The translations under genes were made by a program, and so were the position numbers. A stretch of 64,000 nt of DNA from the human T2T-CHM13v2.0 reference genome, Homo sapiens, in NCBI RefSeq assembly GCF_009914755.1, contig NC_060929.1; one strand, written 5' to 3'. Numbering within the stretch: the first letter of the stretch is position 1; each line of letters starts with the position of its first letter. The notes beneath the pieces are model-generated. The model did not search any database. It was not told the DNA's origin and saw only the letters and a program-made list of their open reading frames with translations. Of this stretch, positions 16,139-32,915 are shown in pieces.

Positions 16139-16531
16139 AAAAAAAGAAAAAAAAATTACTCCCAGATTTTCACTGTGTTTGTGCATATGACCTTTTGTTT
16201 AGGTTGAATTATATCCAAAGGTGAAATTTCGAGAAGTGAGATTACTGTGAGTCACAGGGCATGAGCATTCTTATTACCCTCGATGTAAATTGCAAAGCTT
16301 TCAGGCATGGTGGCTGTCAGCCTGTAATTCCAGCACTTTGGGAGGCTGAGGTGGGAGGATTGCTTGAGGCCAGGAGTTGGAGGAGGCAGTATAATGAGTC
16401 ACTGTCTGTATGATTTAAAAAAAATTTCCAAGCTTTATGCTGGAAGGCTTATATACATTTTAAACACCACTAATACTACAAGAAAATGGCCATTTCACTG
16501 CACCTTCGCCCACACAGGTATTATAATTTAA

Positions 16532-16788
<257 letters not shown>

Positions 16789-17155
16789 TGATCAGGCTGG
16801 TCTCGAACTCCTGATCTCGTGATCTACCCGCCTTGGCCTCCCAAAGTGCTTGATTACAGCTGTGAGCCATGTGCCCAGCCTATTTGTCACATATTTTATC
16901 TTTCCTTATGTTAGCTTATTAGCTTTATTTCTTTATTGTCCTTTTTTTTTTTTTTTTTTTTTGAGATGAAGTCTCGCTCTGTCTCCTAGGCTTCAGTGTA
17001 GTGGCACAGTCTCAACTCACTGCAGCCTTGACCTCCTAGGCTCAGGTGATCCTTCCACCTCAGTAGTTGGGACTATAGGCACATGCCACTATGCCTGGCC
17101 AATTATTTTTATTTTTTTATTTTTACTAGAGAGGAGGTCTTGCTTTGTTTCTTAG

Positions 17156-17269
<114 letters not shown>

Positions 17270-18240
17270 TAGAGTTACTTTGTCTTTTACTAATTCAATG
17301 ATCTGTTTAATCTTTTATTAAATTATAAAAATAATAAATACTTTTAAATAAGTGAAAAATGTCCTTCACTCTTTAGACCCATAATCTTATCTCAGGAAAT
17401 AATTGCAGTTGAGAAAATGGGCCATATCCTTCAAGATACGTACATGGTGATTGAACATCACTTCATATTTTCATATTTCGTGGACATTTGTGCCAATACC
17501 TATTGATCTATCTTAATCCTTTTCATGGTTGCATAATATTTTATTATATGGATGTGTCACAATTTACCAGTACCAGTCAACTGCTGGAGGCATTTAGGCT
17601 CCTTCTAATATTTGCTTTGAGCTCTTTATATAATTAAAAATTAACCCCCTCAGCCAGGTGTGGCAGCTCACACCTTTAATCCCAGCATTTTGGAAGGCTG
17701 AGGTGAGAGAACTGCCTGAGTGTAGGAGATCACCACCAACCTGGTCAACATAGTGACACTTTGTCTCTACTAAAAATTAAAAAAAAAAAAATGAGCTACA
17801 CGTTGCAGTGCACACCTGTAGTCCGAGCTACTGGGGAGGCTAAGACTGGAGGATCACTTGAGTCTAGAAGGTTGAGGCTGCAGTAAGCTATGATCACACC
17901 ATTGCACTTTAGCTTTGCTAAGAGCAAGACTGCACTTCTTAAACAAAATAAAAATTAGATGGGAATATTGCTCAAGCCCTGGAGGTTGAGGCTGCAGTTA
18001 ACTGTGATTGCAGCACTGCAGTCCAGCCTAGGTGATAGAGCAAGACCCTTTCTCTAAAAATAAAATAAAATAAAAATTAACCTTCTATCATATTTCCCAG
18101 TAACACCTTCCCTCCTACATTTCTCCTAGAAGCCCTTAAATTTTGTTTTTCACATATCGTTTAAAACTTTTAAGCGCTGATGTCTGTCTGTGTCATCCCT
18201 CTTTTTTTTTTTTTTTTAAATGTCTTTTTGTCACTTCTAG

Positions 18241-18305
18241 CTGGACCTACCATGAAAGACTTCTGAATCCAGGAAGAGAAACTGACTGGGCAACATGTTA
18301 TTCAG
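18241..18305 (+). other. Candidate 65-nt non-coding exon, copy 1
   Basis: tttttgtcacttctag|CTGGAC...TTATTCAG|gtacaa. The splice sites are also retained in the diverged copy at 31378-31442. Confidence 0.55.
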
Positions 18306-18969
18306 GTACAAAAAGACTTGGACTGTAACTCAAAAATGATCAAATAATAGTGCATGCATCAAGTGCAATCGGAAGCTCTTCTGGAGAGGGAGAGAAGCTT
18401 CCAGTTAAGGTGACATTGAAGCCAAGTCCTGTAAGATAAGGAAGAGTTGTATGAGAGTGGGGAGGGAAGGGGGAGGTGGAGGGATGGGGATTGGGCTGGG
18501 ATGGGATGGAGTGAGCTGCCCAGGCAGGGAAACCAGCACTATACAGACCTGAACAATGAAGATGGCACATTTTGTTCAGGGAATGGTGAATTAAGTGTGG
18601 CAGAAATGCTTTGTAGAGACAGTAATTTGCTTGTATGGAATTTTGCTCAAGAGACCTCATTACAGTTTCTAATTTTTTGATGTTATCATGCATCACTGCC
18701 CTTGTCAGATAGTATCATGATCACAATAACATCAAGCATAATATTTCATTGATTCTCACAAAAACAGGTGGGTGCCACAGTTATCCCCATTATATGCACA
18801 AAATGATGAAGACTTGGGGTTAATGAGCGATTTGCCCAAGCTCACCTGAATATTAGGACTGAGTCAAATGTTAGTCTGGTCTGACTTTAATGCTTGCCTT
18901 GTTCATGAGCACCATGCATTGCCTCTCCTATTAAGTTAAGCAGGTAGACAGGTGAGAGAAGAGCCAGTG

Positions 18970-20035
18970 TGATATCGGGGGAAATTCACCCCTGATATTT
19001 CATGTAGGTTCTTTTCTATTTTCCCTGAGTGTCAGCCAGTCTGAGAAATAAAGGGAAAGAGTACAAAAGAGAGAAATTTTAAAGCTGGATGTCCAGGGGA
19101 GACATCACACGTCGGCAGGTTCCGTGATGCCCCCCAAGCCGCAAAACCAACAAGTTTTTATTAGTGATTTTCAAAAGGTGAGGGAGTGTACGAATAGGGT
19201 GTGGGTCACAGAGATCACATGCTTCACAAGGTAATAAAATATCACAAGGCAAATGGAGGCAGGGCAAGATCACAGGACCACAGGACCGGGGCGAAATTAA
19301 AATTGCTAATGAAGTTTCGGGCGCGCATTGTCATTGATAACATCTTATCAGGAGAAAGGGTTTGAGAGCAGACAACCCATCTGACCAACATTTATTAGGC
19401 GGGAATTTCCTTGTCCTGATAAGGCTGGGAGCGCCACGCGAACCCAGGGCTTATTTCATCCCTTATCTATGACTGTAAAAGACAGCCGTCCCCAAAGCGG
19501 CCATTTCAGAGGCCTCCCCTTAGGGATGCATTCTCTTTCTCAGGGATGTTCTTTGCTGAGAAAAAGAATTCAGCAATACTTCTCCTATTTGCTTTTGAAA
19601 GAAGAGAAATATGGCTCTGTTCAACCCGGCCCACTGGCAGCCAGAGTTTAAGGTTATCTCCCTTGTTCCCTGAAATTGCTGTTATCCTGTTCTTTTTTCA
19701 ACGTGCCCAGGTTTCATATTGTTTAAACAACTTGTGCAGTTAACGCAATTATCACAGGGTCCTGCGGGGACATTCATCCTCAGCTTACGAAGATGACCGG
19801 ATTAAGAGATTAAAGACAGGCATAGAAAATCACAAGGGTATTGATTGGGGAAGTGATAAGTGTCCATGAAATCTTCACAATTTATGTTCAGAGATTGCAG
19901 TAATGACAGGCCTAAGAAATTATAGAAGTATTAATTTGGGGAACTAATAAATGTCCATGAAATCTTCACAATTTATGTTCTTCTGCTGTGGCTTCAGCCA
20001 GTCCCTCCGTTTGGGGTCCCTGACTTCCTGCAACA
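18970..20035 (-). mobile_element. MER11 solo LTR (HERV-K11/HML-8 family)
   Basis: The reverse complement begins tgttgcaggaagtcagggaccccaaacggagggactggctgaagcc and contains the duplicated aacataaattgtgaagatttcatggaca motif. It is about 1.07 kb and absent from the paralogous site near 32115. Confidence 0.88.
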
Positions 20036-21510
<1,475 letters not shown>

Positions 21511-21799
21511 TTTCTTATATCGGAGACAGAGTCTCACTCTGCCACTGAGGCTGGAGTGCAGTGATGTGATCATAGCTCACTGCAGCCTTGACCTCCTAGG
21601 CTAAAGCAATCCTCCCACCTTAGCCTCTCCAGTAGCTGGAACTACAGGCATGCATCACCATGTCCAGCTGATTTTAATTTTGTAAAGGCAGGATCTTCCT
21701 TTTTTCCCCAGGCTGATCTCTAACTCTTGGCCTCAAGCAATCCTTCCTCTTTGGCCTCCCAAAATGTTGGGATTACAGATGGGAGCCCCCATACCCACC

Positions 21800-22155
21800 A
21801 ATCACAAGGATCTTTATAAGAGAATGAGGTAGGAGAGTCAGAATTAGAGAAAGTGATGTGGTAATGGAAGAAGAGGTCAGAGAGGGAGATTTGAAGATGC
21901 TGCACTTCTGGCCTTGAATATGGAGTCACGAGGTAAGTCAAGGAATGGGGGTGGCTTCTAGAAGCTGGAAAAGGCAAAGGAGCACATTCTGTCTAGAGCC
22001 TCCCCCAGAAGGAATGCAGCCTCTCTGACACCTTGACTTTAACCTTAATAGACCTAGTTGGGCTTCTGGCCCCCAGAACTGTAAGATGGTAGATTTGTGG
22101 TGTTTGATGCCACTAAATGTAGGGTACTTTGTTGTAGCAACAACAAAAAATGAAC
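21800..22155 (+). mobile_element. MLT1-family LTR, 3' part
   Basis: gcttctagaagctggaaaaggcaaagga...ctagagcctcc...ccagaactgtaaga...ttgttgtagcaaca. Confidence 0.8.
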
Positions 22156-22759
22156 ATGAAGCTGGGACCTCATGTTACGGTTGCTCACGCCTGTAATCCC
22201 AGAACTTTAGGAGGCTGAGGTGGGAGGATCGCTTAAGCCCAGGAGCTTAAGACCAGCCTGGACAACATAATGAGACCTCATGTCTAAAAAAAAATTTTTT
22301 TAAAGGCCAGGCGCAGTGGCTCACGCCTGTAATCCCAGCACTTTGGGAGGCCGAGGAGGGTGGATCACGAGGTCAGAAGTTCAAGACCAGCCTAGCCAAG
22401 ATGGTGAAACCCCATCTCTACTAAAAATACAAACATTAGCCAGGTGTGGTGGTGGGTGCCTGTAATCCCAGCTACTTGGGAGGCAGAGAATCACTTGAAC
22501 CCAAAAGGCAGACATTGCAGTGAGCCAAGATCGCACCCTTACACTTCAGCCTGGGCGACCGAGACTCCATCTCAAAAAAAAAAAAAAAAAGCCATGTGTT
22601 GTGGCATGCAGCTGTAGTCTCAGTTCCTAGGGTGGCTGAGGCGGGAGGATTGTTTAAGCCTGGGAGGTTGAAGTTGCTGTGAGCTGTGATTGCACCAGTG
22701 TACTCCAGCCTGGGCAATAAAGCAAGACCTTGTTTCAAAAAGAAAGAAAGAAATGAGCA

Positions 22760-23370
22760 TGGTGGGAATGGGGACAGATGGCAGTGTTAAGTAGAGTGGT
22801 CAGGGTTGGCCTCATAAGTGAATATTGAGCAAAAGTTTGAAGCAGGTGATGGAGCTGGCCAAGGTGCTGAGGGAAGAGCATTGTAGGCTGAGTCAACAGG
22901 ATAAAGGCATTAGGAGGAAACTCTCTGGTGTGTCTGAGGCTCTGGAAGGAGGCCAGTGGAGCAAAGAGATAGAGGGAGCGAAGTCAGCGAGGAGGCCAGG
23001 GAGTTGCTGGGCTGGGATCGGTACAGATCGTGTAAGCCCTGGGACGCTATTGCTGGGGCTTTGGCTTTTACTCTGACTAAAATGGGAACCACCGAGGGCT
23101 TCTGAGCAGAGAGGCGACATGATCCGTTTCCTGATTTAAAAGCACGACCTGGCTGCCGAGTTGAGACTATGGGAAGATTTGGGTAGAAGCATGGGAGCCA
23201 AGCTGTGGCAACATCCCGGTGGGAGATGATAGTGATCCTGACGGGGTTCATGGTGGTGGTGAGAGATGGTTAGAGCCTGGATACATGTTGAAGTCAGTCA
23301 GTAGGATTTCCTGACAGACTGGATGTGAGCTGTGAGAGAAGGCAGTGGTCAAGGTTGAGTTTGATTCTGA
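22760..23370 (-). mobile_element. L2 LINE fragment
   Basis: Purine-rich degenerate sequence such as ggctttggcttttactctgactaaaatggga and ggatttcctgacagactggatgtg. Confidence 0.65.
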
Positions 23371-24345
23371 TTGAATTATTAAGTAATTTTAAAAAACACT
23401 ACTGCTTTTCCCAATCCTACCAAGTAAAGGATGCTAGATAAAAGAAATCCCAAGTCAGGCCAGGTACAGTGGCTCACACCTATAGTTCCAACAGTTTGAG
23501 AGGCAGAGATGGGAGTATGTTTTAAGGCCATGAGTTTGAGAGCAGCCTGGGCAACACAGCAAGACCTCCTCTCTACAAAAATAAAAAAAATAAATTTAAT
23601 AAAATAAAATAAATATAGCCAGGCATGATGGTATGTACCTATGGCCCCAGTTACTCATGTGGCTGAGATGGGCAGATCTCTTGATTCTAGGAGTTTGAGG
23701 CCAGCTTGGGCAACATAGCAAGTCTTCTCTCTCTACAAAAATGAAAAAAATGCCTGACATGGTGGTACTTGCCTGTATTCCCAGGTATGGGGGCAGCTGA
23801 GGCAGGAGCATCTCTTGAGCCCAGTTGGTCAAGGTTGCAGTGAGCTATGATTATACCACTGCACTCCATCCTGGGTGACAGAGTGGGACCCTGTCTCAAA
23901 ATACAAATACAAATGAAATCTCAAGTCAGACCAGTCCCTTCTAGGCTATGTAGGCCTTGTAACCACATAGCTGCATGATCGGGTTTGTGTGGCTGTGGAT
24001 GAGGAGACCCCTGTCCAATTGTTGGCTATGTAATCAGTTTATTTTTCAATATAGTAATCAAATATATTTCATCATACTTGATGGTCTCAGATATGTGTGG
24101 ATTTTGGAATTCCCCTTGGAACAGGTTGTAACATCTTATTGGCTCCATAATTCCATAATTTTTTTAATCTGATCAGTTTTTAATAAGATCGCAATTTATA
24201 TTAGACTACTTAATCGGTTTTGTTAATGAGAAAATGAAATTGTGTTGTTTGCATTTTATCCAAGATGGGTGTCATATTGGGTAAATCTCATCAATACTTG
24301 AACAAATGCAAAATTAGAGCTTCTTTATCATGAAACACGATGTAA

Positions 24346-24693
<348 letters not shown>

Positions 24694-25056
24694 TAATAAA
24701 CAGCTGCTATCATTGCAGACTTGCTGTTTAGGCACTTAGGAATTTTTCACTAGAAGGCATGTAAATAAAGACCATGGGCAATTGTAATGAATTTCGCCTT
24801 CATTCTTTGACTACATGACTGTCCCCAGAGCTGTAACTTTATTGAATTTTTTAGAAGCCATTTAGCTAGCAACTGAGCCTAACCAGCCACTCACCGTCAT
24901 TATTCAGTGCTCTTTTATTATTGTCTATTTCTCCTCCAACTTGGCTACACTCACAAAGTGATAAAAACTTGCATTTGTTTTCTTTCCTTTTCAGAGATGG
25001 CATCTTGCTCTGTTGCTTAGGCTACAGTACAGTGACATGATCATGGTTCACTGTAG

Positions 25057-25152
<96 letters not shown>

Positions 25153-25289
25153 TAGAGACGAGATCTTGCCATGTTGCTCCGACTGGGCTCAAAACTCCTG
25201 ACCTCAAGTGATCCTCCTGCCTCAGCCTCCCAAAGTGCTGGGATTACAGGCAGGCATGACCACCTGTGCCCAGCCCCCTATTATTATTA

Positions 25290-26146
25290 TTTTAAATAAT
25301 AGCTTTATTAAAATATTCACATACCATTCACTTTATTTATTGAAATCTGCAATTCAGTAGGTTTTAGAATATTCACAGAGCTGTGCATCGATCACCACAG
25401 TCACTTTTAGAACCTTTCATTACCCTATAGAGAAATCCATACCCCTTAGCCACTACCTCCTACTCTCCCCACCTACCTTTGCCCCCAGCCTTAGGCAACC
25501 ATTGATTAATTTTTTTGTCACTATAGATTTGCCTAATCTGGACAAATAGAATTGTACAATATGTGATCTTTTGTGGCTTTTCTTCCCTCTTAGCACAGTG
25601 TTTTCAAAGTTCCTTTATGTCATAGTGTGTATCAATATTTCATTCCTTCTATGGCAGTATTCCATGGTAGAGACACACTGCATTTTGTTTATCTGTTCAT
25701 CAGTTGGTGGATATTTGGGTTGTTTCCATGTATTCCATGTATTGGTCATTATGAATAATGCTGCTATGAAGATTGTTGTACAAGTTTTTGTGTGGACATA
25801 TATTTTTATTTTTCTGGGATATATGCCTAGGAGTGAAATTGTTGCATTATAGGATGACTGTACATTTAGCCTTTTGAGAAACTGCCAGACTGTTTTCTAA
25901 CGTGGCTATACCAGTTGGGTGCAATGGCTCACACCTGTAATCCCAGCTACTCAGGAGGCTCAGCTAGGAGGATGGCTTGAGCCCGTGAATTCAAGACCAG
26001 CCTGGGCAAGATAGTGAAACCCCGTCTTGATTTTTTAAAAATCCAATTAAAATGACAAGAAAAGAAATACCCAAACAAAATGGTTACACAATTTTATGTT
26101 CCCACCAGTAATGTATGTGGGTTCCAATTCCTCCACATCTTCACTG
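25290..26146 (-). mobile_element. Old L1M 3' fragment, interrupted by Alus
   Basis: atgaataatgctgctatgaagatt...tttttgtgtggacata...atgcctaggagtgaaattg...tttgagaaactgccagactgttttc. Confidence 0.82.
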
Positions 26147-26160
26147 ACATTTTTTTTTTC

Positions 26161-26476
<316 letters not shown>

Positions 26477-26869
26477 AACATTTTTTTTTTTTCTAGATAG
26501 GGGCTTGCTCTGTCTCTCAGGCCGCAGTGCAATGATGCCATCACAGTTCACTGCAGCCGTGACCTCCCAGGCACAAGTGATTCTCTCATCTCAGCCTCCT
26601 GGGTAGCTGAAAATTACAGGTGTACGCCACCATGCCTGGCTAATTTTTAGATTTTTCTGTAGTGGTGGGATTTTACCATGTTGCCCAGGCTGGTCTCATA
26701 CTCCTGGCCTCAAGTGATCTGCCCACCTCAGCCTCCCTAAGTTCTGGAATTACAGGCTGCCACCATGCCCGGCCTTCACCAACATTTGCCATTATCTGTT
26801 TTTTTTTTCTTCCTTTATACCTTAAAGCAGTATAAGAACAAGTGTCTTCAATTATAGGAAACAGTATAA

Positions 26870-27178
<309 letters not shown>

Positions 27179-27893
27179 TGATTTGCCTGCCTTAGCTTCC
27201 CAAAGTGCTGCGATTACAAGCATGAGCCACCATGCCCAGCCTGATGCCAGGAGTTTTAGACTAGCCTGGGCAACCTAGCAAGACCTTGTCTCTACAGAAT
27301 ATTTAAAAATTAGCCAAATGTGGTGGTGCCTGTGTATAGTCTCTCTCCCTCTCTCTTTTTTTTTTCTAACTTTTTGTGACATGGTCTGGCTCTGTCACCC
27401 AGGCTGAAGTGCAGTGGTGTGATCATGGCTCACTGCAGCCTGAAACTCCTGGGATCAAGTGATCAATCCTCCCACCTCATCCTACCAAGTAGTAGGGACC
27501 ACAGGTGTATGCCACCCAGGTCTTGCTATGTTGTCCAGGCTGGTCTTGAGCTCCTGGCCTCAAGCAATCCTCTCACCTTGGCCCCCCACAGTGCAAGGAT
27601 TACAGGTATGAGCCACCATGCCTGGCCCCTACCCTGCCTACTGAGAACCAAAGGAAGGATCCAAATTCTCCTTAGCTCAACTCGAGCCATTTCCTGATTG
27701 CTTCATCAGCGAGGAGCTGGTTATTGGGCTGTCCAGGCCTCCCAAGCAGCACAGAAATGAGGTGAAGGAGTTTTCCTGTTGCTCCACTCTGTAAGGAGTT
27801 GGAGGGTGATGTTTACTCGTTTGCAGAGAGAGATGCCTTGTAGGCACCTCAGGATGGAGAGGGTCCTGATTCCAATGTCCTTTTTTTCTTCAG

Positions 27894-28272
<379 letters not shown>

Positions 28273-28409
28273 TAAGGTCAGCTGATGAGCAACATTAATT
28301 TTATCTGCACTCTTAATTCCCCCTTCCTATGTAATTGTGCTGTGTAACATAGGACATGAGCAATTGGTGGCGGTGGGGGTTATTACTTTGGCCACCACAG
28401 TAACTATTT

Positions 28410-28900
28410 TATGCCAGGTACTCAGCTAAGCACTGGTGAATTAAGCATGAATAACACACACTCCCTAATCTCCATCCATTCATGGGAGGAGCACTTCACC
28501 TGCCATGCTCCTGAGAATCTCGGGAGTCATAGAAGTCTTCTATGAGGAGGTGATGCCAAAGCGGACAAGTGACAGAGGAGTCAAAGCTAGCTAGGAAGAG
28601 AGTAGAGGTTTAAGGGGAAGCATATTATAAGCAGAGGATATTACCCACTTCAGAGACTCCCAGAGGAGAAAGAGTGTGCGTTCAAGGGGCAGATGAGGCT
28701 CAGTTGGACTCCATAGCAGATGAAATGGAGAGGGGCAAGCAGTGAGGCTGCCTTGCAAGGCAGGGCAGAGCAGGGGCTGTTAAGGAGTTTGGACTTAATC
28801 CCTGAGGCAAGGAGAAGTGATGTAAATGGGGGAGTAACATGATGAGATTCATAGATTAGAGACATGGCTCAGGCTGCTGTAGAGAAGGCACCAGGAAGAG
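28410..28900 (-). mobile_element. L2 LINE fragment, preceded by an antisense MLT1 fragment at about 28190-28400
   Basis: atgccaggtactcagctaagcactgg...ttaaggagtttggacttaatccctgaggcaa pattern. Confidence 0.55.
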
Positions 28901-29491
28901 CAGATGGCTCAATGTGTGTGCAGAAGACCTCTCCCTGAGTTTAGGGAGAGGTTTTTAAAACAGAAGAAGTTTGAGTAATTTAAATGATGATGGGAAGGAG
29001 CTAAAAGTGGGGGATAGGTTAAAGATACAGGAAAGTGGGAGGAAGAACTGACAAGTGAGGTTCCAGAGAGGGCAGGAGAAGAGGAGATTCCCATAGGGGG
29101 ATTAACACTTTCTTTTCTTTTTTCTTTCTAAGACAGGGTCTCACTCTGTCGCCCAGGCTGGAGTGCAGTGGCACAATCTTGGCTCACTGTAGTGTAGACT
29201 TCCCAGGCTCAAGGGATTTCTCCCACCCCAGACTCCCAAGTAGCTGGAACTACGGGTGTGCACCACCACCACACCTGGCTAATGTCTCTTTTTTTTGGTA
29301 GACACAGAGTCTCACTATTTAGCACTGATTGGTCTCCAACTCCTGGCCTCAAGCGATCCTCCTGCCTAGGCTTCCCAAATTGCTGGGATTACAGGCATGA
29401 GCCACAATGCCTGGCCTCTGCTAGTTCCGTATTCTCTAGAGTTGTCTTTACTTTGTGCTAGTGTGTCCCTCATTGTGCTGATCCTCTGTAA

Positions 29492-30158
<667 letters not shown>

Positions 30159-30498
30159 TAGTTTAAACTTTTGAGTGGTTTGTGTCTCCTGATTGGACTC
30201 CTACAAATACAGAATTGATGCTAGGAAGGGTACCAGGAGATAGACGCACACAGATGGGATTTGGGAATAGGTTTGGTTATCCAAGGAGCAGTGCTGAGCT
30301 CCTTGCAATGGGATATGGGATGCTGGTGATTTCCAGGAAGTGAGCTCACAATGACTCAAGCTGCCACATACTGTTGATTGTGAAATGCCAGTTGAAGCAT
30401 ATGTCCTGCGAGCTTAGGGGTGCTACAAGTTGACCACTGCAGCAGTAAAGATGACTCTGAAGAATGGCGTGGGATGGTTCCTTTCAAATGCACTTGAG

Positions 30499-30945
30499 CA
30501 GCGTTCTCCAACCACAGGGCCACAGAGCTGGAGGTGAGCAGCAGGCGAGTGAAGGGAAACTTCATCTGTATTTCTAGCCCCTCCCATCGCTTGCATGACC
30601 ACCTGAGCTCCATGTCCTGTCAGATCAGCAGCAGCATTAGGTTGTCATAGGAGCACAAACTCTGTTGTGAAGTGTGCATGCGAGGGATCTAGGTTGTGTA
30701 CTCCTTATGAGAATCTAATGCCTGATATTCTGTTACTGTCTCCCATCACCCCAGGTGGACAGTCTAGTTGCAGGAAAACAAGCTCAGAGATCCCACTGAG
30801 TCTACGTTATAGTGAGTTGTAGAATCATTTCATTATATATTACTATGTAGTAATAATAGAAATAAAGTGCACAATATATGTAATGCACTTGAATCATCCT
30901 GAAATTATTCCCTCATTCCCAGTCTGTGGAAAAATTGTCTTCCAC
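30499..30945 (+). mobile_element. MER1A (hAT-Charlie) DNA transposon, older paralogous copy
   Basis: acctgagctcc...gtcagatcagcagcagcattag...gagggatctaggttg...gttgcaggaaaacaagctcag...gtggaaaaattgtcttccac. Confidence 0.85.
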
Positions 30946-31377
30946 ACATTCACTCTGTTTTTTGGTAGAGGCAGGGTCTTAATATATTGCCCAGTCTGAT
31001 CTCAAACTCCTGGCCTCAAGTAATATACCTCTCTCAGCCTCCCAAAGTGCTGAGATTACAGGCATAAGCCACCACCCTCAACCAAGACTTTCTTAAACCA
31101 AATAAAAATTAAGTGAGATTACTTGAGCCCAGGTGGTCAAGGCTGCAGTGAGCCTGATTGCACCACTGCACTCCAGCCTAGGTGACAGAATGAGACTGTC
31201 TCAAAAAATAAAATAAAATACAAATTAACCCTTCATGACATTCCCAGTAACTTCCTAAGTGCTCCCCACAAGTCTTTGAATTCTGTTTAATTCTCACATA
31301 ACATTTAAGACATTTAAGAACTTATGTCTGTCTGTGTCATCCCTTTATGTCAAAAGATGTCTTTTTGTCACTTCCAG

Positions 31378-31442
31378 CTGGATCTACCATGAAAGACTTG
31401 TGAATCCAGGAAGAGAGACTGACTGGGCAACATGTTATTCAG
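31378..31442 (+). other. Candidate 65-nt non-coding exon, copy 2
   Basis: tttttgtcacttccag|CTGGAT...TTATTCAG|gtacaa, a paralog of 18241-18305. Confidence 0.55.
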
Positions 31443-32774
31443 GTACAAAAAGATTTGGACTGTAACTTAAAAATGATCAAATTATGTTTCCCATGCATCA
31501 GGTGCAATGGGAAGCTCTTCTGGAGAGTGAGAGAAGCTTCCAGTTAAGGTGACATTGAAGCCAAGTCCTGAAAGATGAGGAAGAGTTGTATGAGAGTGGG
31601 GAGGGAAGGGGGAGGTGGAGGGATGGGGAATGGGCCGGGATGGGATAGCGCAAACTGCCCGGGAAGGGAAACCAGCACTGTACAGACCTGAACAACGAAG
31701 ATGGCATATTTTGTTCAGGGAATGGTGAATTAAGTGTGGCAGGAATGCTTTGTAGACACAGTAATTTGCTTGTATGGAATTTTGCCTGAGAGACCTCATT
31801 GCAGTTTCTGATTTTTTGATGTCTTCATCCATCACTGTCCTTGTCAAATAGTTTGGAACAGGTATAATGATCACAATAACCCCAAGCATAATATTTCGTT
31901 AATTCTCACAGAATCACATATAGGTGCCACAGTTATCCCCATTTTATGAATGGAGTGATGAAAACCTTAGGAATAATGAATGATTTGCGCAGGCTCACCT
32001 GGATATTAAGACTGAGTCAAATGTTGGGTCTGGTCTGACTTTAATGTTTGCTTTGTTCATGAGCACCACATATTGCCTCTCCTATGCAGTTAAGCAGGTA
32101 GGTGACAGAAAAGCCCATGTTTGTCTCTACTCACACACTTCCGACTGAATGTATGTATGGAGTTTCTACACCAGATTCTTCAGTGCTCTGGATATTAACT
32201 GGGTATCCCATGACTTTATTCTGACACTACCTGGAGTTAGCACAGACCCCACAAGTTAGGGGCTCAGTCCCACGAGGCCATCCTCACTTCAGATGACAAT
32301 GGCAAGTCCTAAGTTGTCACCATACTTTTGACCAACCTGTTACCAATCGGGGGTTCCCGTAACTGTCTTCTTGGGTTTAATAATTTGCTAGAACAGTTTA
32401 CGGAACTCAGAAAAACAGTTTATTTTCTTTTTTTCTGAGAGAGAGGGTCTTATTTTGTTGCCCAGGCTGGTGTGCAATGGTGCAGTCATAGCTCATTGCA
32501 GCCTTGATTGTCTGGGTTCCAGTGGTTCTCCCACCTCAGCCTCCCTAGTAGCTGAGACTACATGCCTGCACCACCACATCTGGCTAGTTTCTTTTATTTT
32601 TTGTATAGATGGGGTCTTGTTGTGTTGGCCAGGCTGGCCACAAATTCCTGGTCTCAAGTGATCCTCCCACCTCAGCCTCTGAAAGTGCTGGGATTACAGA
32701 TGTGAGCCACCACATCTGGCCAGTTCATTTCCTATTACTGGTTCATTGTGAAGGATACATCTCAGAAACAGTCA

Positions 32775-32915
<141 letters not shown>

